A DNA stretch of 64,000 bases from Eledone cirrhosa (Eukaryota). Location of the stretch: contig OZ024740.1 of NCBI GenBank assembly GCA_964016885.1, positions 169,074,001 through 169,138,000 on the forward strand, given 5' to 3'. Under the pieces are notes generated by a model. It did no database searches. It was not told the origin of the DNA and was given only the letters and a program-made list of their open reading frames with translations. Positions 23,940 through 35,916 of the stretch are shown here, one piece after another (within the stretch, counting starts at the first letter, position 1; every line of letters starts with the position of its first letter). Position numbers and translations under genes: made by a program.

Positions 23940-25480
23940 AGCATCCAACAGTCTTGAAAGACAATGGATCTGTGTCTGGAGAATTTTGTGTCAGCAGCAA
24001 CAGAGGTGCAGTGTCTGCTGTGGCTGTACAGGCCCACATGGGAGTGGCAGTCCTGTATACAGCAACTACATTTGAAGATGCTCTTTTCTTGTTTTTTTTT
24101 TAGCATGCTTTTCCTCAGAGGCAAGTTTCAGTTTCTCTTCCTCTCGCTCCATCCCCTTGCACACAGTACTCATCTTCATCATGGGTGATCGTTAATGACC
24201 TCCTCCAATCTTTGGATGTCCAGATCCATTGACTTCATATCTGTCCTGCAGTTGTTTTGTGTTTTTGTGCCAGTGGAGAGTTCCTCATTCAGTCGGTCTT
24301 TTGGGATTCTCTTGTCTGGCTTACAATGTACATGACCGAGACAGCGCAGACAACACACTTACAGTAGGGTGCATATGCTGGGTGTCTTGACATGGTTGAG
24401 GACTTCAGTATTGGTGACCTGGTTGGTCCACTTGATATCCAAAATGCATCTCAAGCTAAAAGCGTGGCAGTCATTGAGATGCTGTTCCTGTCTGAAGTAG
24501 TGTGTTGAGTGCACAAGCCTTGTAACCTGCAATCTTGGTGGTTGTAGTTGATTTTCTGTTCTCCCAAACTCCTTTCGTCAGCCTGGCAAAATCTGGAGGC
24601 TGCTTGTCCAACTCTCCTGCTGATCTCAGAGTCCAGGGAGAATTTGTCAGTGATGGTAGAGCCAAGGTAAATGAATTTGTGGACTGCCTCCAGCTCGTGA
24701 TTACTGATGGTGATTGTAGAGGTTGCTTGACACCTTGGCCCAGTATGTTGGTTTTCTTCAGACTAATGGTTCAGCTGAATTCCTGGCAGAACCTCATGAG
24801 TTGTCTTTACTCTCAGCACTTCTCCTGCAGCTGTGAAAAGGAGAAGATCATGTTGATGGTGGAGCATTCTGACTTGAAACCACAATGAGATTCAGCGACT
24901 TTCTGTAGTGTTCAAGACCGTGCGAGCAAAGACCTTCCTAACGATGCTTAGTAGCGAGATGCCCCAGTAGCTATTACATTCACTTCTGTCCCCTTTGACA
25001 ATGTTCCCCACACAACACATCTCCTCTCTCTGTGCCACTGGTGTTGTCTAAGGGAAGGGCACCAGTGAGGCCGCAGGAGTTGCCAGAATCAGGCTGGAAA
25101 TAGCATCAAACTGCCTGAGGGACTCCAGCTCTGGATTTCTCCTCAGGGTTTACTCCCAAAAGCTTTCTCATAAGTGGGTATAGCCGCAAGGCAGTGGAGG
25201 TTTAAGTTCAGAGTGTGCCTTCTCTTAAATGGACTGCTCGCATTGGCTGAAGAATTTCATCTACTCGGAGCACTGGTTTGAAGGCGCCAGAATCTACCTA
25301 TGCCTCTTCTCCTGTCAGTAGGGACAGTTCCACCAGGCTTACACATTAAGCCACACAAGAAGGCCAGGAGTTGGACTTGGTTGTCAGAAACTATTTGAGG
25401 CGCATGCCACAAGGAATATTTTTTAAACAGTTAGTGCTCATCCCCATTGCCACCCCTCAGCTTAGCTACGTAGAAACCAG
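23940..25480 (-). mobile_element. Internally deleted RTE/BovB-like LINE (5' UTR plus RT and C-terminal remnants)
   Basis: Minus-strand remnants KGDRSECNSYWGISLLSIVRKVFAR, FARLTKGVWEN, CHSHVGLYSHSRHC; structured GC-richer 5' region at 25020-25480. Confidence 0.75.
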
Positions 25481-26585
25481 TCCTATGGTCTGAGTGTTCT
25501 TACTTTTGGATATTTCTACCAAACTTCTGCAGTACATATATATATCTATATATATATAAAACTGATTTTCTTCAAATTTGGAACACACAAGCGTTATGTT
25601 CCCAGGGGTGTTTGGACTCATAAAATGTTCAAGTTTTTGTCTAATACGGCCCCTAGAAAAATATCGGTTGGTTGGTTACATGAAAACTACACACACACAT
25701 ATACATACGTATACATCTAAAGAGAGCGAGGGAGAAGTAGAGAGAGAGGTACAAGATATTCAGAGAGAGAGAATGTTGATGAATGGTGGTTTACACACAC
25801 ACACACACACACACATATATACATATATATATAAAGACAGCGAGAGAAATGCACATGTTTTATTGTTCTCCATTCTCCAGAGAAGGAGAGAGGGGGTTTG
25901 AGAAAGAGAGAGAAAGAGAGAGAGGATATCAGAAAAAAGAGAGAGAGGGTATCAGAAAAAAGAGAGAGAGGGTTGAGAAAGAAAGAAAGAGAGTGAGGGG
26001 GATTGGGGAGGGGAGAAAATTATAGCAGCGTTCAATAACTTTAACTTGTATTTATTTATTTATTCTCTACACACTGTTCAACTCTCATCTTTCCTCAACC
26101 TTATGTCTCTTTCTCTCTCTCTTTCACACAAGACTACTGTGACTGTGTGTGTGTGTGTTGTGTGTGTTGTGTGTGTTCAGGGAACTTACAATATTTGTAC
26201 ACACACACACACAAACACCCATCTAAATATATATATATGTGTATGTATGTTGTGCGTATACGCGTATGCATGTGTATGTACGTGTATATATATATGTATG
26301 TATATGAATGCATTGTATGTATATTTATACCATAAATGTGTTTTTCTCTTTGCCTGAAATTGTTCTCATCACTCCACATAACGACGTAATTATCCTCGCT
26401 TTTTTTCCGTTCATTGCCAGGGAATGTCTTCATGAACCAAAGAATCGTCTTCCTGTTTTCCTTCGGTTCTAACGTTTTTCAAAATATTTACTTCTGCGTC
26501 CACAGATTGATTTTTTTTAGTTTCAGAAGATCCTGTTAAGAGTGAAAGCAGCGATTCTTTGCTTAAACTTTAATCTGCTCTTATA

Positions 26586-26643
<58 letters not shown>

Positions 26644-26699
26644 TCATCATCGTCATCATCATCGTTTAACGTCTATCTTCCACGCTAGCATGGGTATAT

Positions 26700-27020
26700 A
26701 TATTCTAAATCATATGCTTTCAATTCCTTAGAGGGCTAACAACACACTCTTGATCTGAGCATATCAATGAATTAACAAGGTAAAATCCATTACAATAGAG
26801 ATCCCCCATTGATTGACAAATGGCGAGAGAGATAACCCCCTTTAACTGCTTCATTGGAGTTGCCTGAAGCACTGCAGTGCAATGCAACAAAATGTCATAA
26901 CTTCTGGAGTTCGCAACCGATTTTGGGAAAAAGCCGATGATTTTGTAGCTGAACTTTTGACATGAATGCTATACATGACTGCTATTTAATACCTGAGGAA
27001 TGTCGGGTACCTCTGCTAGT
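26700..27020 (+). mobile_element. Helitron-like non-autonomous 3' end
   Basis: Subterminal hairpin TACCTGA-ggaatg-TCGGGTA followed by ...GCTAG|T. Confidence 0.55.
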
Positions 27021-27025
27021 ATATA

Positions 27026-27084
<59 letters not shown>

Positions 27085-27094
<10 letters not shown>

Positions 27095-27410
27095 TGTTTC
27101 CTTGAGCAAGACACTTTATTTCACATTGCTCCAGTTTACTCAGCTGTAGAAATGAGATGATAGGACTGGGATCCCTATCATCCCACTGCAAAGTGGTCGT
27201 GGAGGTGCCACAGCAAAAAAAGCACCCAGCCCACACTGTAAAGTGGACGTGTAGGCACCATGGTAAATAAGCACCCAGCACTCACTGTAAATGAGGTTTG
27301 TGTCAGGAAGGGCATTCAGCTGTAGAAATCAAGCCAGAATCAGTTCCCGTCCCACCCTTGCAAGCAGGGAAAAGCGGACGTAAAATGATGATGATGATGA
27401 TGATGATGAT
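27085..27410 (+). mobile_element. CORE-type SINE, 5'-truncated, with an extra 49-bp module
   Basis: Homologous to 28600-28860. Confidence 0.82.
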
Positions 27411-27559
27411 ATAAATTCAACTACTTAAAAAGAATACTACCTTTTGATAATAATTGTCTGAAACTGTTCTATGTTTTATGATAAAAACTGCTCTTTTTAA
27501 AGTATTTTATTTATATTTATTTATTTGCGTTCCAGCCGAAGGGCTGAGGCCATGCTTAC

Positions 27560-28960
27560 ATTAAACCTTTCCATCATAATTTTATATAAGATGCTGAAAA
27601 CATTAACTCCATAATGAAAAAGGAGTTATTTTACTAAATCCTCCAAACTCTTGATTATTTTTCTTGTCATACGGCTACTAGGGCAGCTGAAATGTGATCT
27701 GAGCTTAAAATACCTATGGCAAAACTTATGTATGCCTACAAGACATTAACATATTGTATATACTATCATATGCCTTTATTCTGAATCACTGTGAGAGTGC
27801 TTCTGTTAATATATTTATATATAACTTATTTACTTCAGTTGAAAATTGACAAGGTGAAACGCACATCCTCGAAAATGGTTTAAACTGTTGTGGAACTAAC
27901 TTATATATATCATCACTGTCATCATTGATTCTTGGATGTGTTGACAGGTGTGGATGCATACATTAGCAAAAATATAGAATTTGAAAAATACACACACACA
28001 CACAAACATATATATGGGTTAGATGGGTTGTCCTGTTGTGGGCAATGTCAGGTCAGGTAACCATGTCTTACTCATTCAGAACTGATTTTGGCTGATTTCT
28101 ACAGCTGGATGCCCTTCCTAACACCAACCACATTTACAGTGAGTACTGGGTGCTTTTTTACCGTGGCACCTCCACAACCACTTTACAGTGTGGACTGGGT
28201 GATTTTTGTTGGGACACCTACACGACCACTTTACAGTGGGAAGGAGGTGGGGGCCATACTTGCATTAAACCTTTCCATCATAATTTTATATAAGATGTTC
28301 AAAACATTAACTCCATAATGAAAAAGGAGTTATTTTACTAAATCCTACAAACTCTTGATTATTTTTCTTGTCATACGGCTACTGGGGTAGCTGGAACGTG
28401 ATCTGAGCTTAAAATACCTATGGCAAAACTTATGTATGCCTACAAGACATTAACATATTGTATATACTATCATATGTCTTTATTCTGAATCACTGTGAGA
28501 GTGCTTCTGTTAATATATTTATATATGGAGGCACATGGCTTAGTGGTTAGAGCATTGGCCTTGCAATCGAAAGGTTGTGAGTTCAATTCTCAGACCGGGT
28601 GATGTGTTGTTTCCTTGAGCAAGACACTTTATTTCACATTGCTCCAGTTTACTCAGCTGTAGAAATGAGATGATAGGGACTGGGGTCCCTATCATTCCAC
28701 TGTAAAGTGGTCGTGGAGGTGCCACGGCAAAAAAGCACCCAGCACACACTGTAAATGAGGTTGGTGTTAGGAAGGGCATCCAACTGTAGAAATCAAGCCA
28801 GAATTAGTTCCCGTCCCACCCTTGCAAGCAGGGAAAAGCGGACGTAAAATGAAATAAAATGAATGAAATGAATGAATAACCCATTTACTCAAGTTGAAAA
28901 TTTACAAGGTGAAACGCACATCCTCGAAAATGGTTTAAACTGTTGTGGAACTAACTTATA
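27560..28960. repeat. Local direct duplication of about 350 bp (27560-27908 and 28263-28960); second copy split by a SINE
   Basis: cattaaacctttccatcataattttatataagatg...gtggaactaacttatata occurs twice. Confidence 0.85.
28527..28875 (+). mobile_element. CORE-type tRNA-SINE, full length (reference copy)
   Basis: tRNA-like head with A/B boxes, CORE-like body, hairpin ATGATAGGGAC-tggg-GTCCCTATCAT, 3' tail shared with the RTE LINE. Confidence 0.9.
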
Positions 28961-28982
28961 TATATATATAAATATATATATA

Positions 28983-29399
28983 TTAGTATCAGTGCTCTGA
29001 AATAGCGATGTATGTATGAATGTATATATAGTATATTTGATAATATACTGTATGTTTATTTAAAAACATTTTGAAGACCATTCGCTATGAGTTTTAAAGT
29101 AGTGACTATGTCACTTACTTTGTCTCGGCAAAAATAAAGGGAAGCAACCGACAGCTGTTTCTCGTTTGTTAACGGTTATCAAGATTGCTTATCCCCCACT
29201 TCTGCCGAGACTTATCGAAGCTGGATTCTTATAGAATTCCCGTGATGTTTAAGAGCTGATTAAGCAGAGCAGTTGCCGGTCCAGCAAAAATTAGAAATTA
29301 GTATCAGTGCTCTGAAATAGCGATGTATGTATGAATGTATGTATAGTATATTTGATAATATACTGTATGTTTATTTAAAAACATTTTGAAGACCATTCA

Positions 29400-29400
<1 letters not shown>
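28983..29400 (-). mobile_element. Hammerhead-bearing repeat family A: 315-bp unit plus about 100-bp direct terminal repeat
   Basis: ttagtatcagtgctctgaaatagcg at 28983 and 29298; homologous to 42418-42848; (TA)n on both sides. Confidence 0.75.
29142..29190 (-). ncRNA. Variant minimal hammerhead ribozyme (family A, U3-A8 core)
   Basis: Minus strand reads AAGCAAUC-UUGAUAA-c CGUU aaca AACG a-GAAA-CAGCUG-UC-GGUUGCUU; 8-bp stem I, palindromic stem III. Confidence 0.7.
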
Positions 29401-29433
<33 letters not shown>

Positions 29434-29867
29434 TCATCATCGATTAACGTCTATCTCTCACGCAAGCATGTAGCACAGATTAAAAATTTAAGCAAAGAAT
29501 TTCTGTTTTCATCCTAAAAGGGATCATCTGAAACTGAAAAGTATCAATCTGTGGAAACAGAAATAAATGTTAAAGAAAAAATGCCTTTGGAAAATAGAAA
29601 ATCATAACAGAAGTGTGTGAAGAGGTTCTCTTGAGATGCATTAAAATGTATGCAAGGAGAATTACATCATTAAGAGAAGCTTCAAGAACAAATTCTTGCT
29701 ATGAAAAATCAGGAGACTAATTTTCCTTTTAGAATAACCGAATATCTTCCAGTTACCACATAGGGAAAATTATATTAATAGAAGTATTATGATTAAACAT
29801 AAAGATAGTAAAGGTATTAATAATAGTAAATAATAATAATAATAATTAAAACAGTAATAATAATAAT

Positions 29868-30500
29868 AATTGTTTCTACTTTTGGCACAAGGCCAGCAAT
29901 TACCCAGTGCATTACTGGTACTTTATTTTATCAACCCCGTAAGGATGAAAGGCAAAGTTAACCTCGGCAGGATTTGAACTCAGAATAGCAAGGGCCGTAA
30001 TAATAATAATAATGGTTTCTGATTTAGGCACAAAGCCAACAATTTTATCGACCCCATAAGGATAAAAGGTAAAACTAATCTCAGCAAGATTTGAACTCAG
30101 AACATAAAGGGCCATAACTATATCTACAAAACATATCCGATACACTACTAATACTGTCAATTCACAAATCATAACAACAATAATGGTAACAATAAAAATA
30201 ATGATGATAATAATTGTTTCTACTTTTGGCACAAGGCCAGCAATTATCCAGTGTATTACTGGTACTTTATTTTATTGACCTCGTAAGGATGAAAGGCAAA
30301 GTTAACCTCGGCAGGATTTGACCATAACTCTATGCGTCAAAGCATGGCGTCCGACCCTCTACCGATACGGCCATGGCGCCCGACCCTCTACCGATACTGC
30401 CATGGCGTCCAACCCTCTACCGATACTGCCATGGCGTCCAACCCTCTACCGATACTGCCATGGCGTCCGACCCTCAACCGATACTGCCAATCCACCGCCC
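29868..30500 (-). mobile_element. Cluster of second-family tRNA-SINE copies (AAT-tailed), the last with an amplified head
   Basis: Repeated reverse complement of ttgcctttcatccttacggggtcgataaaataaagtaccag; five 29-bp tandem units at 30343-30488. Confidence 0.8.
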
Positions 30501-30689
30501 TTGATGGTAATAATGATAGCATTATAATAATAATTATTATTATTATATAATAATAATGGGCTAATAATAATAAGTGAGGTAAATATTTACAGAGTAAAGA
30601 CTAAAGGTGAGCTATTATTTTATGTGCTGACAGGTGTGGATGCATGCATTAGCAAAAAATATAGAATATGCAAAATACACACACACACA

Positions 30690-30732
<43 letters not shown>

Positions 30733-32199
30733 TCATCATCATCACCATTTTACATCCTTCCACACGAGCATGGGTTAGATGGGTTGTCCTGTATATATAT
30801 ATATCATCATCATCATCACCATTTTACATCCTTCCACACTAGCATGGGTTAGATGGGTTGTCCTGTTGTGGGCAATGTCAGGTCAGGTGACCATGTCTTG
30901 CTCTTTCGGAACTGATTTTGGCTTGATTTCTACAGCTGGATGCCCTTCCTAACACCAACCACATTTACACTGAGTACTGGGTGCTTTTTTACCGGGACAC
31001 CTACATGACCACTTTACAGTGGAAGCGGGGTACGGGCATACTGTCTATATGCTTCAGCTTCGGCTTGTACCCATGGGAAGTCGGGTCTTTTGTATTACTG
31101 TGTGACACCAAAGGTCTTGGTCCTGTGTCAATATATATATATTTATATATATATATATATATAGTAATAATAATAAATTTGAAGATTAAAATCCAAAGAG
31201 GGTTCGATAAGGATAAATATATATCAAATATATAAGAACCGTAGAGCAAATATTTATTTAAATAACAGATTAAAGTTTAAGCAAAGAATTGCTGCTTTCA
31301 CCCTTAACGGGATCTTCTGAAACTAACAAAGTCAATCTGTGAACGCAGAAGTGAATATTTAAAAAAACGTTGCAACCGAAGGAAGACAGGAAGACGATAC
31401 TTTGGTTCGTGGTAACGTTCCCTGGCAAAGAACGGGAAAAAACGAATATAATACGTCATTATTTGGAGCAGTGAAAAACAATTTCACGCAAAGACAAAAC
31501 CACGTTTATGGTATAAAAGAAGTCGTAGACTAATATTCTATTAGGTGGTTCATAGAGACGTTCTCTGGCAATGAACGGAAAAAACGAAGATAATATGTCA
31601 TATGTGGAGCGGGGAGAACAATTGCACGCAAAGACAAAACCACGTAAATGGTATAACTGAAGTCGTAGACTAAAATTCTAACTAGGAAACCGAAATCAAG
31701 CCAGCATCAGTTTCGTCCCACCCTTGCAAGCAGGGAAAAAGCGGACGTAAAATGAAATGATGATGATGATGAAACCTATTTAAAAACTCTAATTGCATTA
31801 TCAACTTCTTTTTCCTATATTTTTACTCGTGTGGGATATATTAAAAAAACCTTACTTTTGAATATATATATATTTTTTTTCAGTGTGGTCTACCCTTGGT
31901 GCTAGGGTCCGTACAGTAGATAGAACTCAATGTAATCTGATGGCGAGCAACCCAGTGAAATCCATAGAAAAGTTCCGTGTTCTGCTCAGTTAATTCCTTA
32001 GATACAGAATCAAATATTAGGTATTAAATTAACAATGAAAATAATAACAACAAAGTCGAATAGGTAAAATAACTCTTTGTTGTTATTATTTTCATTGTTA
32101 AGTTAATGCAGATCTTGGGTACACAAGAGATGTAGTGGGATAGCAGACAAACTAACAGGTGGCGAGAAATACGTATGCAGTAGATGTACAGAGAAATTT

Positions 32200-32530
32200 G
32201 ACATTAGAAGTTGCATTGATAGACACATTTTTCAAATGCAGGTGTGTGCTATAGAAATGGTTGATAGCTTCCGGTACCTAGGTGATCAGATTAGCATGGG
32301 AGGGGGTGTTCCGAGGCCATAGTATCTAAAATAAGGACGGGTTGGAAGAAGTTTAGGGAGCTGCTTCCTCTGCTGACGAAGAAGGGTTTCTCCCTGCGTA
32401 TGAAAGGCTGGTTATATGATGCCTGTGTGAGGTGTCCGATGCTTCATAGTAGTAAGACATGGGCTGCAACTGCAGAGGATATGCAATGGCTGGAGAGAAA
32501 TAAGGCAAGCATGCTCCGTTGGATGTGCAA
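32200..32530 (+). mobile_element. RTE LINE fragment
   Basis: DSFRYLGDQIS...GWKKFRELLPLL...ASMLRWMC, homologous to 20340-20615. Confidence 0.75.
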
Positions 32531-32589
32531 TATATATATATATATATATATAGAGATGGTGATTGCTTAATCTTTGCAGATGATTGCTG

Positions 32590-33330
32590 TCTCTCTATGC
32601 ACCCTCATCAACCATCACCAGCTCCAAACGTCCATCCATGGCCCCTTAGGTGGCTTTTAAGTCCAGCATTATATTTTGACGGTCTGCAGCAAATGTGACA
32701 AACAAAAGATGTGCCCTTTATTGGATTTATTGGGTCACTTTGTGGGATGTCATCCTTATGTACCCTCATATGCCGTTTAAGACCAGAGTTTGATTTGCAG
32801 ATCTTTTCGCACACAACACATGTCGTCTCACCTAACATTGGAAGGATAGAGCTGCATAAAGTTGGCTTTTTATGTGATTTTAAATGAGTGATGCACCCAG
32901 ATTTAGGGAGCATTAAACGACCAAACACCTTACAAATCTAGCTCACTATGTTCTTATTAAGGTTCATACTGTGACCTTTTCGAAGCTGACGTTTAAGTTT
33001 TTCATGATCAAGACGTCTCTCTTTAAACATTCTGCAGCCTTCCTTCACATGTCCTCTCCATTTACTACTCTTTAAAGCAAGCACTTCCCAGTTCTGAACT
33101 TCAAACTGTAGATCTTTAAGGTTGTTTTTTATGCAATCCTTATATCTTTTTCTTGGTTTGTGCTGAGGTCGTTTCTCAGGGTGCAATTGACTGCAAAATA
33201 GTTGTTTTGGGAGTCTTTCCTCATGCATGCGCACAATATGACCTACCCAACACATTTGAGAGGATATGATGGTAGATTCAATGCTCGTGCAACTAGCATC
33301 TATAAGGATTTGTGTGTCAGGTATTTTTTT
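32590..33330 (-). mobile_element. RTE/BovB-like LINE 3' end with C-terminal C2H2 fingers
   Basis: WVGHIVRMHEERLPKQL, PRKRYKDCIKNNLK, then CVVCEKICKSNSGLKRHMRVH and CHICCRPSKYNAGLKSHLRGH. Confidence 0.8.
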
Positions 33331-33770
33331 TTGACATTTGATGTTTATATATATAAACTGAGTATAAAGTTTCATTTTTCTTAGCTTCCACATCATGACA
33401 TATATCATTGGCATCTTCTACATACTATCCATTAGGACATATCACCATCATCACCATTTACGTCCATTTTCCACACTACCCTGGGTTAAATGGGTTGTCC
33501 AGTTGTGTGACAAGTCAGATTAGATGACTGTGTCTTGCTCATACAGAGCCATTTCTGGCTTCGTTTCTACAGCTGGATGGCCTTTCTAATGCCAGCTACA
33601 TTTACATTGTGGCATGAAAATACCACTTTACAGTTATAATATATATATATATATGCCATGCAAGCGTGGAAGATGGACGTTAAATGATGATGATGATGAT
33701 GATGCCAACCAGGAAAGGCTGGCTGTAGAAAGTGTAGCATCAATGGTGGTGCCCCAACATGGCTTATTAA

Positions 33771-33993
33771 CCCTTTAGCATTTAAACCGGGCATATCCAG
33801 CCAGAATTCTCTCACCTCTTTCTGTTCAAACCAGCCATAACTGACCGCTCATACTGACGTTAATGTATTTTTCTCAAAATAAATAACATCAATATCTCGT
33901 AGATTCAATATTATATGAGAAATAATTATATAAGATAAAGCCTTTACCACAAAAATACAATAGTATATATAGAGTAATGTAAATGCTAAAGGG
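33771..33993. mobile_element. piggyBac-like MITE
   Basis: TTAA|CCCTTTAGCATTTA ... TAAATGCTAAAGGG|TTAA. Confidence 0.88.
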
Positions 33994-34124
33994 TTAATAA
34001 AGGACTCTTTGGCACCTACAACTTCTCATTTTCCTCATTCTGATTATACTCTGTCATCCTTGTTTTGAAGAAGTAACATGACGTTGAGTGCTTGAATTGA
34101 ATTGCATCTATATCTACCGAATGT

Positions 34125-34639
<515 letters not shown>

Positions 34640-35059
34640 AGAGAGAGAGAGAGAGAGAGTAAGCCTGAGTGAGTGTGTGTGCATGTATCTATGTATTTGC
34701 TTGAGTGATAGATAAACAGACAGACCAACAGATAGATAGGTAGATAGATAGACAATAATTTTGGAAATCGTGTTTGATAAGCTATCAAATCTCAAAGTTC
34801 AGAGAAGAAACCAATGTATATTAAAATAGAAAACAATTGACAGCAGTTCAAGTACCTCATTTCACAAGGAAAAAAAATCCTCCTCTCTCACACAAACCAA
34901 AATTTTTATAAGGTTGGACCTCTTCTTTCTTTTTTTTTCTTTCCTCCTAGATTCCTTTCTTTCTTTCTCTTTTCTATTTATTTCTTTTTCTTTGTCTATA
35001 TTTATTCGTTTATTTCATTTTTAAATACATTCCCATTTTTGTTCCTTTTTTCTTTCCTG

Positions 35060-35118
<59 letters not shown>

Positions 35119-35409
35119 TACTTCTTTCTTGCTTTCTTTTTTATATTTTTTATCTCACATCTTTGTTTTTTTATTATTTTAATTTTTCTTGAACAGAAAT
35201 TATTTAGAAACAAAAAATACATGGACCAAATTAGTTTTCAACTTTTGACCAGGAAGGGGTTAATTTCTACAGAAAGATGAATTCAATTGCTTTTATATCA
35301 ACAGTTTGTTGTATATCAACAGTTTGTTGTATATCAACAGTTTGTTTATATAACAGACTTTCATACACTCAGTCACACACACATGATGTTAAACGATGAT
35401 GATGATGAT

Positions 35410-35821
35410 ATGTATATATATTAAATGATGATGATATATATATATATAAATATTTATTCATATACATATATTTATACACACACACACATATATATATATA
35501 TGTATAAATATATGTATATATAAACACAAATATATTACACAAAGAGAAGTGTGTATATAGAAACATATATATAAATATTTACATATATATATATATGTAT
35601 AAATATATGTATATATAAATATATGTATATGTAAATAAATATTTATATTTATATATACATACATTTATACACACACACATATATATATATATATACACAT
35701 ATAAATATTTATTTATATATACATATATTTATATATATATGTGTGTGTGTGTATGTGTGTGTGTGTATGTACGTGTGTGTATATATATATATATATATAT
35801 GTATTTATGTGTGTATGTATG

Positions 35822-35916
<95 letters not shown>
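35410..35916. repeat. Compound (TA)n/(CA)n/(TG)n microsatellite block
   Basis: Visible directly in the sequence. Confidence 0.95.

Noticed and set aside
28527-28600. tRNA gene
   Set aside because: A and B boxes are present but there is no proper cloverleaf; it is the head of a multi-copy SINE.
31935-31970. CTGATGG...GAAA hammerhead-like string
   Set aside because: A9 is missing and there is no stem II or III pairing.
32608-32928. Host C2H2 zinc-finger gene
   Set aside because: Contiguous with an RTE C-terminal coding remnant and lacks TGEKP linkers.
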